Shown: in pieces, positions 1-12,645 of the stretch | How the letters are laid out: each line of letters starts with the position of its first letter | How positions within the stretch are numbered: the first letter of the stretch is position 1 | The notes under the pieces: generated by a model | The model's database searches: none | Told to the model about the DNA's origin: nothing | What the model saw: only the letters and a program-made list of their open reading frames with translations | Translations under genes and position numbers: made by a program | NCBI GenBank assembly: GCA_001938485.1 | Contig: MQRK01253414.1 | Span: 1 to 60,326 of the forward strand | Reading direction: 5' to 3' | From: Girardia tigrina | Taxonomy: Eukaryota | DNA length: 60,326 nucleotides

Positions 1-233
1 AATCACCGATGGTATACAATCAATTGACAATGAGTTGTGCCAAAGGGTGTGCCAGTCGGTATCTTCAAGGCTGCAGAAATGTTTGAACAGCGATGGTCAT
101 CATTTCGAAGACTGAATTACTATTCGAAAATGAATTGAAACGACGTTTTTAGTTGTGATTGAATAAAAATTTAATGTTTTACATGTATATTGTATCTAAA
201 TTTCATGTTTTGCGTTACTTTTGTCACACCCTG
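1..233 (+). mobile_element. 3' end of a Tc1/mariner-superfamily transposon (rosa/maT-like), truncated by the window edge
   Basis: Bases 2-115 translate to ITDGIQSIDNELCQRVCQSVSSRLQKCLNSDGHHFED*, the typical 'RL..C....G.HFE' transposase C-terminus. The right TIR ends ...TCACACCCTG and is followed by TA at 234-235. Confidence 0.75.
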
Positions 234-955
234 TATTATACTCGAAATATGTAAACTTCAAGCAACAAATTAAATAAAAGAAATGATAAATGAGTACAGA
301 AGATATCCATCTACCCTCCTATCACTGTACTGAAGTGGTACAGACGAACAGACATATAGAAATACCAATGCCATTTAAACCACTGCCATGCAATTTTGTC
401 TCGGTTTTTTTATATTCAGTTTTGTTGAAGAAATTTGATTTAGTTCTACTTATTTCCTATTTTTTTTATAGAACGACATTTTATTATTCTTTTTATTAAT
501 TATCTCAATAATTTATTGAATACAAATATTTAAAGGACCACACATGTACAAATTAACTTTCAATTCAATATATTGAACCACAATTTTCATTACGTTTGGT
601 GGTCGCTGATATAAAATTGTAAAAAATAATGTCAAGAAACGCAACGTTTTATGTTCTATTGTGTAAATATTAGCTTGTCATAACATTATATTCTTAGAAA
701 AACTATCAAATGATGCTGGTACTATGTTAATCATAATAATAGTAGTTATAATAATAATAAACTTTTACTGATTGCATCCTTCAGAAATATTTAGTCTTTA
801 ATGTTTAGAAAATTCATTAACCCAATTTCGACTTTATTATTTTTTTTGATATTTTTTAATTATTATTTTTTTTATTATTAATTTGAATTATTCTTATCAT
901 ATTAAGTTGTAAGTTAAATATAAAATTTATTTTCAAAGCAAATAAAAGAATCTAC

Positions 956-1056
956 TTTATTGTCTTGAATAATGCAGTTGATAGCCTGAGTGACATCGGC
1001 AGCATGAAGTGCGTTGTGATAAGGGTTGGACTGGTGATAAGATCTTTCAATTGTAA
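956..1056 (-). CDS. pde7: PDE7-like cAMP phosphodiesterase, internal exon (start of catalytic domain)
   Basis: Splice sites TTTTGCAG| and |GTAGA. Translates (V)TIERSYHQSNPYHNALHAADVTQAINCIIQDNK, containing the PDE signature NPYHN..HAADVTQ. Phase 1 start and phase 0 end, in frame with exon 3603-3698. Confidence 0.92.
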
Positions 1057-1223
1057 CTGCAAAAGGTAAGTACTGTTAACTTAATAACTTAAAAAATTTA
1101 ATAATAGGAAATTAATTATCAAATATTTTTTTACAAAATTTCATATTACTTAATACCATCAGTTTCTTTTTTTCATTCTTCCATTCTTTTTATTAGCTTA
1201 CTTTCTTTATAGGTATATATATA

Positions 1224-1650
1224 CTACCCAAATTCATATGTATTCGGACACGTAAAATAATTCTTATTAAAAATTTTAAATTATAAATAATATATACTTA
1301 TTTGTATTATAGATGAATTAATTTGATATTTTACAATAATCTAAATACAATTCTAAAATAATTTGAAGAAATCAAATAAAAAAGTTTACTAATAAAAATT
1401 TTATTCGCGTTTAAAAATTTGTTCTCAAATTCAAAAGAATTCGGACACCTACTATTTAAAATTTTGTAACATCGCCCTTTGCTTTTATGACATCTTCCAT
1501 TCTTCTATTCATTGAATTGTATAAATCCTGACATTCCATATTGCTAAAATTTTATTCTTCAAATCAATTTTATTTTTAGGACGTTTTTTTCGTAATTCCT
1601 TTTTCATAATTGCCCAAACATTCTTTATGGGACTTAAATCTCGGCTTCAA
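1224..1650 (-). mobile_element. Tc1-like transposon remnant (transposase C-terminus and terminal region)
   Basis: Minus strand reads SRDLSPIKNVWAIMKKELRKKRPKNKIDLKNKILAIWN..SMNRRMEDVIKAKGDVTKF (decayed SPDLNPIE.W motif). TTCGGACAC is repeated at ~1243 and ~1440, like the inner and outer repeats of a Tc1 terminus. Confidence 0.7.
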
Positions 1651-2197
1651 TTATTCATTGCCTCTCAGTCGAATATTCAAGTCACCCATATTTTCACAAA
1701 TGTTGTATAGTATTTTTGTTCACTCTAAATACATAAGACTTGTTTATCCAGTCGATATATTTACTTAAAATACCATTGTAAATTAATCTCCTGGTTCAGT
1801 TTAACAAAATAAGTCATGGAAAAAATGGAACTTGCGGTCTTTTTCCAGCAGAAGAAACAAACCGCAATCAATTTTCCTTTATAAAATAAATTACCATGTT
1901 TAATATTTATAAAATATTTTTATTTAATTATTTGACCTTCAAAATTTGCGGGATAAAATGTCGATTTATGTTTGATTGAACATTTAAGGAACATTAAAAA
2001 TCCGGTTTATGGGTAACTGAGATTAGATTGGCACCCATCCGTTGAGATTGAATGAAAATGTAAATAAATTATCTTTAAAATCAAAATTTGAATTAAAAAA
2101 ATTGAAAATTGTTAAACGTTTGACTTATTTTAAAATATTATTGGAAATATTAATTATAAAGAGAATATTAATTATGATATTAAAGAATATTCAAATA

Positions 2198-3144
2198 TTA
2201 GGGTGAACCAAAAGTCTTTTCGTATTTTCTACGTCTTTTTGTTCAATTGTTTCTCATTACCAAATAAAGATATTTTATATACATGTTTATATGTTTTTAA
2301 AGTTCTTGAACTGCTCTATCACAATATATATTAAAACTTATAATTAGTCGTTAATATAATTTTTATGATCTTTTAGAAAAATCATGAAAAATTTTGAAAT
2401 TCGTGTTCTTTTACGCCATTACTGGAAACAGGGCTTAAACGCAACTGCAGCAACNNNNNNNNNNNNNNNNNNNNNNNNNNNNNNNNNNNNNNNNNNNNNN
2501 NNNNNNNNNNNNNNNNNNNNNNNNNNNNNNNNNNNNNNNNNNNNNNNNNNNNNNNNNNNNNNNNNNNNNNNNNNNNNNNNNNNNNNNNNNNNNNNNNNNN
2601 NNNNNNNNNNNNNNNNNNNNNNNNNNNNNNNNNNNNNNNNNNNNNNNNNNNNNNNNNNNNNNNNNNNNNNNNNNNNNNNNNNNNNNNNNNNNNNNNNNNN
2701 NNNNNNNNNNNNNNNNNNNNNNNNNNNNNNNNNNNNNNNNNNNNNNNNNNNNNNNNNNNNNNNNNNNNNNNNNNNNNNNNNNNNNNNNNNNNNNNNNNNN
2801 NNNNNNNNNNNNNNNNNNNNNNNNNNNNNNNNNNNNNNNNNNNNNNNNNNNNNNNNNNNNNNNNNNNNNNNNNNNNNNNNNNNNNNNNNNNNNNNNNNNN
2901 NNNNNNNNNNNNNNNNNNNNNNNNNNNNNNNNNNNNNNNNNNNNNNNNNNNNNNNNNNNNNNNNNNNNNNNNNNNNNNNNNNNNNNNNNNNNNNNNNNNN
3001 NNNNNNNNNNNNNNNNNNNNNNNNNNNNNNNNAAGCTATAGATTCAAATGGCCTTTACTTTGAAACTTAAATGTTTTTTATTTGTTGTAAAATTATGTTT
3101 AAATTTTTAATAAAAAATACGAAAAGACTTTTGGTTCACCCTAA
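2198..3144 (+). mobile_element. mariner transposon, interior hidden by an assembly gap
   Basis: Matching ~30-bp TIRs TTAGGGTGAACCAAAAGTCTTTTCGTATTTT with TA on both sides. Transposase N-terminus MKNFEIRVLLRHYWKQGLNATAA and C-terminus AIDSNGLYFET flank the N-run. Confidence 0.92.
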
Positions 3145-3602
3145 TAATATATAAAGAATATGCATTATAAAGAAATACATAGTAAAATATTTTATTAATT
3201 TTTAGTTTCATTTTTCATTGAGTTTAAAGGAAATCTGACACAAAATATCCAAATTATTTATGTCCTAGATTAGTTCAAGATCTTTATGGGTGAAAATTGA
3301 ACCCCAGATGTTTGAAGCATAAAGTTGATCTGCATATATCAAAGAAAAGAAATATTATTTTAAAATTTCATTGAAGAAGTAAAACTCTAATAAATTAAAA
3401 ATTAAATTTTCTTCATGGAAATTGTATTTTTCAAAGTGGGACACACGAAACAGACACATGATTTCAATATTGGTCATATTCATAACAATTCAATCAATTT
3501 TAAGACCAAATACAATTTGAACAATAATGATTTTTCTGAAAATTTTATTATTATCATCCTTATAATGACTTACAATTTATACAGAATAAACAAGGAACTA
3601 AC

Positions 3603-3698
3603 CAAGGAATTGGAACAATGTCGATATGTCCAAGTGAAAATTTTTTATCAAATTGTGCTTTTCGAAAAGATGAATAGAGAGATATGTCAGAGGCGTAC
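3603..3698 (-). CDS. pde7: PDE7-like phosphodiesterase, internal exon
   Basis: TTTAG| ... |GTTAGT, 96 nt, phase 1 to phase 1. Translates (G)TPLTYLSIHLFEKHNLIKNFHLDISTLFQFL(V), resembling the PDE7 segment 'L..L.FHLF..HGLI..FHLD...L..FL'. Confidence 0.9.
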
Positions 3699-4601
3699 CT
3701 AAATCATAGAATAATAACATATAATGTTCTTTAGTACATATGAATACTAAAAAATTATTTATATTATGTTCTTTTATTATTTATCATATTATTTATTTTT
3801 GAGCTGTTCTTTCAGAATACAATTGTTGAATGTAAACAATTTATTGGAAGAGTATAATTCGGATTTTTGAAGAGCTTTAGGTGTATGAGGAGTTAATTTA
3901 AATTTGCATTTCGCCAAAATAGTTTATTTTTTTAATTTGAAAGTTTTAAAAAAAAGTAAATAAATACAAAAATTTTAAAATTAAAAATGATATAATAAAG
4001 AAAACCATAAAAAATTAAATACTTATTTAAAAATAAAAATATGTTTACAGTCATAACAATTGATACATTTTAATAACAAGTTTTGAAATAATTTTAAATT
4101 TAATTTTAAAATAAATTTTTAAATAAATTTGAAAATAGATAATAAACGGATTAAACTTTATATTATGTTAAGAAATAATTTAAATTTATTAAATAATTTA
4201 ATTAAGAAATAATTTAAATAAAAGGCTTATATGATATATTTAAATTAATCAGTTTTAGGATAAAATGTTATAAAAATTTTTAGTTTTAATTTAAAAATTA
4301 TTTTATTAATTTAAACCTTTAAAATTTATTAAATTTTACAAATTGAATTGGAAGAAAAATTTAATAGATTAATTTTTGGCGAAATAATTAAATTAACAAG
4401 AAATTTGTTTAAACGAGTGAATTATTTTTATTAATAAATATTTTGGTGTTGAGTTATGTGCATTGAATCTGTTAATAATGAAAGTGACATAAATGATACT
4501 TACAAGGTGAATTTAACATTTGAAGATGTCACTAATACACATATTTTCTACAAAATTAATTAATTATAATATAACTTAAAGTTATTATTTTTTGGCTTTG
4601 T

Positions 4602-5405
4602 CAGGGGTGGATTTAACGGGTGTCAAACTAGGCAGTCGTCAGGGGCCCCAAGCTTTTTAGGGCCCCGAGATTGTTTAAGAATAAACAATTTTTTTAAAAG
4701 ATCACCTATTATAAACCTTTCGGTTTATTTGGAAAATTTATATCTAATTTCTTAGAATTTAGTAAGGATGATTAATAAATAAGAAATATTTTTTGTTGTG
4801 TTTTGAATCTCGGGTTAAAGATAATCGAGATAAAATATTTATCAATTATTATTTAAGCAATTTTTATAGAATGCTACGAACCAATATATCTGGTTTATTG
4901 CGGTTATAAATAGCTAGTAAAAATGAGTTCTTTGTTAAAAAAATTGTTTTTTTACAGCATTTTATGAAATAAAAGAAAATGACAAAGAAATTAATTTTAT
5001 ATTGTATGTTGTAGTAATACTACATTAGGTTAATTAGTCATAAATTATTACTTAAAGTATACATTAGTGTCTTAACCTAAAGAGGTAACCTTTTAAAGAA
5101 TAATTTACTCAATATATAATTTATTTTATATTGATCACTCTTTGGGTTTTCATAAAAGTATATAAAGGTAAAAGAAAAAGGAATAGTTATGAAGTTTAAT
5201 AAACCATCCTTTATTCAATCTACTAAATCTGTTACCAATACGTCATTGTCCATCTACCAACGATACATCAAGCCTGGTTCCCTCAAACGAGGTTACGACA
5301 CATGTAAAATAAATTTTTTTTCAAGCATGTAATTTTTTATTTTTCTTATGGGGCCCCCATTCACTCTGACCGCCAAGGGCCCCGTCCATGCTAAATCCAC
5401 CGCTG
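4602..5405. mobile_element. non-autonomous hAT element (MITE-like)
   Basis: TIRs CAG(G/C)GGTGGATTTA, subterminal GGGCCCC motifs at both ends, 8-bp TSD GGCTTTGT / GGTTTTGT (7/8 match). No ORF. Confidence 0.85.
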
Positions 5406-5587
5406 GGTTTTGTCACTTTTTTTGGAATATACTTATCGATGAAGTGTATATTTAAAGTAAAAAAAATTAAAAAATAGTTGCAATTTAATTTTAAAATCAC
5501 AAATTTTTATTTTCAAGGACAATTAATGTTGACGGTATAACAGTCATCGCTACTTCATCAAGAAACTATGAATTTTAAATCTGCTTA

Positions 5588-6750
5588 CGAGGGCGAATCG
5601 ACAAGTCAGTGACTTTTAGCATGAAATATTTTTTTCGGCAAAAAAACCTTTTATTTCTGAACATATTCTGCTGTGTGCTCAATACATTTCATCAAACATT
5701 TCTCCAATTTGTTGATTTTTTCTAAGTAATTATATTTGCAGAGGCCCTTAAAATAGGCGTTTGTTTGAGCTATGACTTCATCGTTGAAGCCAAATCTGTT
5801 TTCCCCCTAATCACTTCTATAAGAAAATAGTCACTGGAGTCTAAATCTGGAGAATATGGTAGATTAAAAGCAATTCATAGCCTAATTCATAAAATTTCGT
5901 AATAATGATTACTTAAGTGTGCATCAGTGCATTGTTTTGATATAGGATTTAGCCAAATGCAGTCATTTTCCATTCAAAATTGTCTTTGAATCGGTCCAAT
6001 AAGTTGGCATAATATTTACCAATGATTGTGTTACTATTTTCAAGGCAATCGATGTGGATAATTCTGTGTTCATCCCAAAAATTGTTGCCCTGACCATGTT
6101 GGTAGATAAAACTGCCTTGGACTTCTTTGGAGTAGGTCCAACACGAGAAGTCCACGTCTTTAATTGCTGCTAAGCCTTGATGTGTTGTAGTGGATCTATG
6201 TTTTAGCCACAGTTATAAAACGGCGCGAAGATTCTTTCGAATTGCGATTGAACAACACAAAACACTCCTTTCAAATTGTCACACGATTAAATTTATTGTT
6301 AATTGAGAGCAGGCACGGTAGCCATCTTGCAGATATCCAAATTATATAAAAAATACAAACCACTGAGTCATGTTATAAGACTGTGGCTTTTACAATCTTG
6401 CGCACTTTCAATCTTCGATTAGCCAACACCATATTGTGAATTTTTCGATTATTTCGGGTACAGTGATTCCAATCGTGCATCCAAAGTATCAATTGTCACA
6501 GTATCAATTGTGCGACCAAACCGAAATTAAGTACACCACTTTTTTCTATTGCAATTGATAGTGCAGAGTTACAATGGTATTTATCAAGTTTATTCTTGGT
6601 TTGAGTGATGTTTTTTTACTCAAAAAATTATGCTTTGTGAGAACACAAAATNNNNNNNNNNNNNNNNNNNNNNNNNNNNNNNNNNNNNNNNNNNNNNNNN
6701 NTACTTTACCATCAGTATCTGAATGTAGGCAAAAGTAACCCGTAACCATC
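5588..6750 (-). mobile_element. degenerate mariner transposon (pseudogenised transposase)
   Basis: TA|CGAGGG terminus at 5586-5593. Minus strand gives LPYSPDLDSSDYFL (YSPDL motif), FWDEHRIIHIDCLE..TIIGKYYANLLDRF and an N-terminal FCVLTKHNFLSKK. Many stops and frameshifts; right boundary approximate. Confidence 0.85.
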
Positions 6751-7318
6751 ACGAAATTGGTACGTGAAACATTTACTATCTCAAGATTCCATAAACTATA
6801 CTTCTTGTTGCTTTATCAAGATCCCTGGTTACAACCTCTTATTCTCTTTTCCACTGCAAACATCTTTTCACATTCAGCCAAAGCACCTTCATATTTTTAT
6901 TAAAATCAATTCTTTTTATCAGTTTCGACTCAAATCCAAAGCACTGAAAAATTTTTCATCACCTCCTTTACATTGTAAGAAATTTCGGTAATAAATATGT
7001 CATCAACGCAGAAATCTTTGATTATCCTTCAGTATAGTTCCGACTATACAATTTGATTTATTATACTCAACTTTGACACATTTAAAATATTTATATTGAC
7101 ACATATTTTGTGAGTGTCCAACCCAATTGCTTTCATTGTCGCGATGATTTGATAAATTGATAATAAGATATTTAAAAGGGATTTATTTATCTCCATAATA
7201 CAATATCCAATCTTTAATATTAAAATACACCAGATAATATTTTTAAATAATAAAAAAATGGTTTATGATATGATGAAAGAAAAATCAAATAATGAATTTA
7301 GATTATAATTAGTCATAC

Positions 7319-7382
7319 CTGATGAAAATCTTTCCAAAGCAAAAATGTTGAAATCCCAAACATCAATTGATTTTAAAATCAT
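7319..7382 (-). CDS. pde7: PDE7-like phosphodiesterase, internal exon
   Basis: TTTTACAG| ... |GTATGA, 64 nt, phase 0 to phase 1. Translates MILKSIDVWDFNIFALERFSS(G), the W.F.IF motif that precedes PDE catalytic domains. Confidence 0.9.
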
Positions 7383-7423
7383 CTGTAAAAATGTTATATT
7401 TCCACAAAGTGTTCGACATTTAC

Positions 7424-7623
7424 CTTAATTGATGGATATTGTCTTGAATCAATTAATCCTTTGTAAGAATACATTTGAGAATATGCATATCGATCCTTAA
7501 AACGGTCTTTCCGAGTTGAGCATGGTAAATATGATGTAGACATTCTCAGCGAATCAGACATTCTAGGGAATTGAGTACAATTGGTATCTGAATTATTTTT
7601 TGACAGTCTTAATAGAATATAAA
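7424..7623 (-). CDS. pde7: PDE7-like phosphodiesterase, N-terminal region exon
   Basis: Open frame (V)YILLRLSKNNSDT...KGLIDSRQYPSIK ends at an AAG|GTAAAT donor and is separated from the next exon by a 41-nt intron (7383-7423), in phase. The acceptor (TATAG| at 7624-7625) is less certain. Confidence 0.7.
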
Positions 7624-8505
7624 CTATAATAACTAATGAATCTTTAAGTATGACCAGATCAGCATTCAATGATGAAAAATAATTGGCGTGCTTGGCAGCT
7701 CAACAGTTACTAATGAATCATTACTACTAATACACTATTGATTGCCAAATACAAAACACCATTAATAAAAACTATTTGTAGAGTAAAATATTATCATTTT
7801 TTCTTTCGTGGGTTATAACAATAAAAAGAAAATTCAATCGGATAGTAAAATAGGGTGGGTTACTCAAAAATATGAGTTTATGTACTAATCAATTCCTACC
7901 AGCCTAGTATCTTCATATTACCTGCGTTAGAATTAAAGGTTTTGATTATTATTTCAGAAAATACGCTACTATAAAATGATTATGATATTATTAATTATTA
8001 TAACCAAAATAGCAATAAGACGAACACTAATTAATTTATTAGATTTTAAAATTAAGTAAAAGTCCATTCAAGTTAACTAATCACAGATATTTATTAGTTG
8101 TCACTTGAGAAAATGACATGTTTGCTATATTGTTGCGTATCTTTTATCATCACGGAGACATTTAATAATAACGAATGACAACTTTGAGACGAAAAAACCC
8201 GCAGGCAATGTAATCCATATAATTTTAGCCTTATAAATTAATCCAAAGCCATTCCATAAAAATTTAAAATCCAAACCAGCTGAAATCAGCTACAAAATAA
8301 TATTTGCGAAAACAGTCTCCTCTCTTCAGAACGGGGTTTCAAGCTGATGAAATTCGGTACAATACACTCAATCTATGCAAAAATCAATTATAGACGAGAT
8401 ACATTTTGTTTTGAATTCCATTTCTAAGTACGAAATTTTTATTTTTCATGTTCAGTCGAAAACATACTCAATTATAAAAATTTAAAAATTAAAAAAAAAT
8501 ACTTA

Positions 8506-9422
8506 GGGTCCGTAATTTTTGGAGCTCACCAATTTGACCCGAACGGTTTTGACCCTAGTTTTAGTTTGATTCAATTATTTTTTCTATTATTGATGGATCT
8601 GAACCATTTTTTTAAAATTTAATTTTCTGAATATTTTTAATTTAAACGGTTTCGATACCATTTATCAAGATTTAATTTTATGAATAATTTAATTTTGATG
8701 GTTTTGAACTCATTTTTTAAAATGTAATTTTATGAATACTTATTTTTGATTATTTTGAACCCATTTTTCAGTTTAATTCAATTTTTTTTATTTTTGACGG
8801 TTTTTTGACCACAATTTTTTAGTTTAATTTGATTACTTTTTTATTTTGATGGTTTTGTAATTTTTTGTAATTTAAATGTAATCCGCCAAGTGACCCAGCA
8901 CACCAGAAATGCCTATAACACAGTCTCAGTTCAGATGATTAATCGCGAATCTATTGAATTACCCGAATCGTATACTCTTTATGAGAAGTTTCCAAACCAT
9001 TTTGAGAAATTCTTGTTAGTTGATTCTGGATTAGGAGATCGTAATAGAATTTTGATCTAATCGTGATTTATAAATGTAATTGTAAAAATTTTATTTCTGA
9101 TTCTTTTCTTAATTATTAAAAAATATTTTTAAAACAGTATTGTACGTTTTTATTATTCAATAAAATTTCAGTAAACAATAATTTTCTGGGTTTTTATAAA
9201 AATATATTGCTAAATTAAAAAAAATAATTGAAATAAACTAAATATGGGTTCAAAACCATCAAAAATGAAAATATTCATAAAATTAAATTTTGAAGATGGG
9301 GTCGAAACCGTTTAAATTAAAAATATTCATAAAATTAAATTAAAAAATGCTTCAGATCCATCAAAAATACAAAAAAACAATAATTGAATTAAACTAAAAC
9401 TAGGGTCAAAAAAATTGCTTCC
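8506..9422. mobile_element. Foldback-type Mutator (MULE) derivative with long modular inverted arms
   Basis: Arms at ~8545-8870 and ~9180-9410 are inverted and built from ~50-bp subrepeats (TTTTGATGGTTTTGAACCCATTTTT...AATTTAATT). The centre (8941-9060) translates NRESIELPESYTLYEKFPNHFEKFLLVDSGLGDRNRILI*, like the FLL.DSG..D..RILIF segment of invertebrate MULE transposases. A further partial arm copy lies at ~9445-9515. Confidence 0.7.
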
Positions 9423-9612
9423 TAATAAATATTAGGTCCTACTTTGTTTTGATTCTAGTTTTAGTTTAATTTAATTATGTTTTTTATTTTTGATGGATCT
9501 GAACCAATTTTTTAAAATTATAATTATACATAAAACTTTACATAACTTTTAATATTAATTCTAATTTTAATAGTTTAACTTCTTTTATTAAATTTCTTTT
9601 TATTGATTAAAG

Positions 9613-11150
9613 TTGTTACAATACGAAGGCGAGACAACTGAGCTGAATTTTTTAGCTTACACTGACGATCTCTGTCTCATCGATCTTGACTACAACAATC
9701 TGGTCAGCAATCTTGATATATTAAATAGTGTTTTCACTAAGATGGGTCTGAAAATCAATGTCTCAAAAACTAAGATTATGAATCTGAATGGACAAAGGAT
9801 ACATGCAGCCGCGAATATCAATGACATACAAATAGAATGGGTAACTGAATTCAACTATTTGGGTTCCCAGTTTACCACAAAAGGTACTTGTGAGCACGAC
9901 ATCAAGTAAAGGATAAAGAAAGGAAAAACCAAACTAAGGGAACTCGCTCCGGTAATCACAGTTAATATGCTTACCCTAAGACGTAAAAAAGCACCGATTG
10001 AAAGCTGTATATTTCCTATTGTATACTTTGACTCGGAGAACTGGCGTACAAACGAGAGCCTCATCAGAAAACTTGAAACCTACATAACGCGTGCACAAGA
10101 ACAGCACTTAATGTAGATAAGAAAGATCATATAAGAATGGACTCGATCAGTATCGGATTAGATCATCCAATGAACATCGTTGCCAAGAGACGGCTTTTAT
10201 TCCACGTCCCCTTGGCAACAGAAGAAGGTCAGCTATGTGTGCAAAGAATTCTGAAAAGCACAATGAAATACAATAGAAAGATCGCGAGAAGAAACAAACA
10301 GAAACTCGAAGAATGCCTACGGATCAATGCGGAATGGCTGTTCGGAGAGACCACCTCTGTTCACTCAGTTATCAGCCTGTTAGCATATGGCGCTCAACTC
10401 TGAATGCGAGACAGGCTCGATCATTTAATCCACAACAGGAGTATCGTAGGGAGGAAGACCGAAGATCTTCCGAACCTGATCAAACCGAGAATGAAAATGG
10501 TCCAATGTCACTATGAGCTTTGCGAGAAGGCCTTTGCAGAACAAAAGGAGCTCAATAGACATATTAAAATGGATCATGAAACGGCACCGGACAAGCAAAA
10601 ACCTTATCCATGTCAGTACTGCTCCAAGAGCTATGTATCAATGGGGTGGCTGACCAGATACTACAAGATAGATCACACGGAACAAGCAAATCAATCCAAT
10701 CAAATCCAACAGAAGCATCAAAAAAGAAAAGCAGGTGACTGTTGTGATGGAGATTTGTGTGGTGGGGTAAAATTGATCGGCGAAACCAGGAAGAAGGAAG
10801 ACAATCCAACAATTACAAACTGTATTCAGGTACGAACCGTCGATACGAATGTTTCAAAGATTCTCTCGGAAACGATCTCCTTAGAAGTGTTAAATTTCCG
10901 TTTAACGGATTTATCTGAAAAAAGAAATTTCAACTGTCCTTTCACTAGCTTTTCAAAGTCCACAGGAAAGACCAAAGGAATGCTAAATCATGGAACATCC
11001 AAACATGGTTGGTCGTTTTTTACTGGGGGTCCGAAGAGACATCGTAAGCGTAAAGCGGACAACCTCGTAGGAGGCCTATCGGGGGCTGCTAGTGCTTTTT
11101 AGTTGGGGTGGACCCTCTAAAGAGCCTAAAGAGATAGGAGGTCCACGTGT
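9613..11150 (+). mobile_element. 5'-truncated RTE-like non-LTR retrotransposon (RT C-terminal half plus C2H2 zinc fingers), decayed
   Basis: RT motifs LAYTDD, GLKINVSKTKIM and FNYLGS, followed by C2H2-like fingers CHYELCEKAF..KELNRHIKMDH, KPYPCQYCSKSY..GWLTRY..IDH and CPF...GMLNHGTSKH. In-frame stops and frameshifts. Short GC-richer 3' end at 11101-11150. Confidence 0.85.
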
Positions 11151-11796
11151 ATTATGCGTAATTTAAAGTTAAATTAATTGAAAAGATTTTCTAATGGTTT
11201 AGGGAAATTCTATAAACTTAACTGATACAGAATGAATTGAGACCTTTTATTTGTAAAAGAACAATACTAAATGGGAGTGCTTGTGAGATGTATGTATGAG
11301 CACTCTTTTACAGTAATAAAAAACCAGTTTTTCATTTCTTTAACGAACATAATAACGAAATCTACATTTTTTTAATTCTGTTTAACAAAGACAGTATTGA
11401 AGAAATTTTCTAATTTCTCAGATTTCATTATAAAATTGGATTTTTTTTAAATCTTCTCCTTTACACTCAGAACGAAAATAAATAATTAGCAAATATATAA
11501 TTTAATTAAAATTAAAAAGCATTTGAAATGTAATAAGTTATTAAATGTCAAATTATATTAAAAATGATTATTATTAGATAAAATACATAAGATGTTTTAT
11601 TTATAATAATTTCCTTATTTTGTTATTTGTGACAAAATCTACAAAATGATTTTATTATCAAGTTATTATACATATGTATTTATTTCAATAAATGACTGTA
11701 AATACAATTATCTATATACACGAATGTTTTTAAAAGATTTTGATTAAACATGACTTCAATCATCTTGCAGTGATCGAAAAATTAAATTACATTAAT

Positions 11797-11799
<3 letters not shown>

Positions 11800-11840
<41 letters not shown>
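11800..11840. repeat. (TA)n microsatellite
   Basis: Pure TA run. Confidence 0.95.
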
Positions 11841-11843
<3 letters not shown>

Positions 11844-12645
11844 TTCAGATGGCTATCTCAACACATATTTTTCAAGAAAAATTCAATTCAGAAATGAATG
11901 GTGAATGAATTCATGAATACAATCAAACCACAACATTCAAACATGCAAACACTACACAAAAACATCAACACACCCAATATTCCTCATAGTTATAAAAACA
12001 ATTGCTGTATATTAATAAATTAATTGTGATAATAATGACGATTTAGACAATTTGTTTAATGTGTTTTTTTCTATTTCTTTTAACGAAATGCAATTGTATT
12101 CTTTTTTAAATTTGTAAATACACGATTTTGTATTGTTTCCTTTTTTAACAACACTATCAATTTTCCTCGAAGATATAATCGGTATTAGTTTCCACGATAA
12201 TTTGAATTTATTCTGTTGTCCACCACGTCAGGTTCAAATCGTAGTCGAATTGGCATTTCTATCGCCAAATCCGACAATATGCAAATATTCATGAACGAAC
12301 GGCACAGAACACAAAACATTTCTTCACGAATAGTTTTGATTTTTTATTTAGTCGTTGCTTTTATTGTTTTTAAAATTGTGTTACAATAAAACCGTTTAAA
12401 AGTCACATTTTAAAGAGATTTAAGTGCGTATAAACGCAAAGTGCTTTTGTCAAACTCTGTCACTGTTCAAATTCGTGTTCCATTGGAAGAAACCAGACTA
12501 TTCTTGAAAATTTAACCTTAGGACGTCAAGACACTTGCAAAAAGGTCTCATGTTAGCTCTATTGACTAGATCTAATGCACAGAGAGAAGGAAGAGATAAT
12601 TTGTTTAATAAATAATATTTAGTGTCTGAAATGAAAATTATAACT

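Noticed and set aside
3415-3702. Plus-strand 95-aa ORF
   Set aside because: No recognisable product; it overlaps the PDE7-like exon on the minus strand (3603-3698).
4503-4547. Possible 44-nt minus-strand exon (TAG|AAAATATG...CTT|GTAAGT) inside the PDE7-like gene
   Set aside because: Inclusion would break the frame and add a stop between exons 7319-7382 and 3603-3698, which already join in frame.
8545-8870. Regularly spaced repeats suggestive of a CRISPR array (also 21725-21790 and 46465-46545)
   Set aside because: Eukaryotic context, degenerate units without unique spacers, and no cas genes; these are transposon subterminal or simple tandem repeats.
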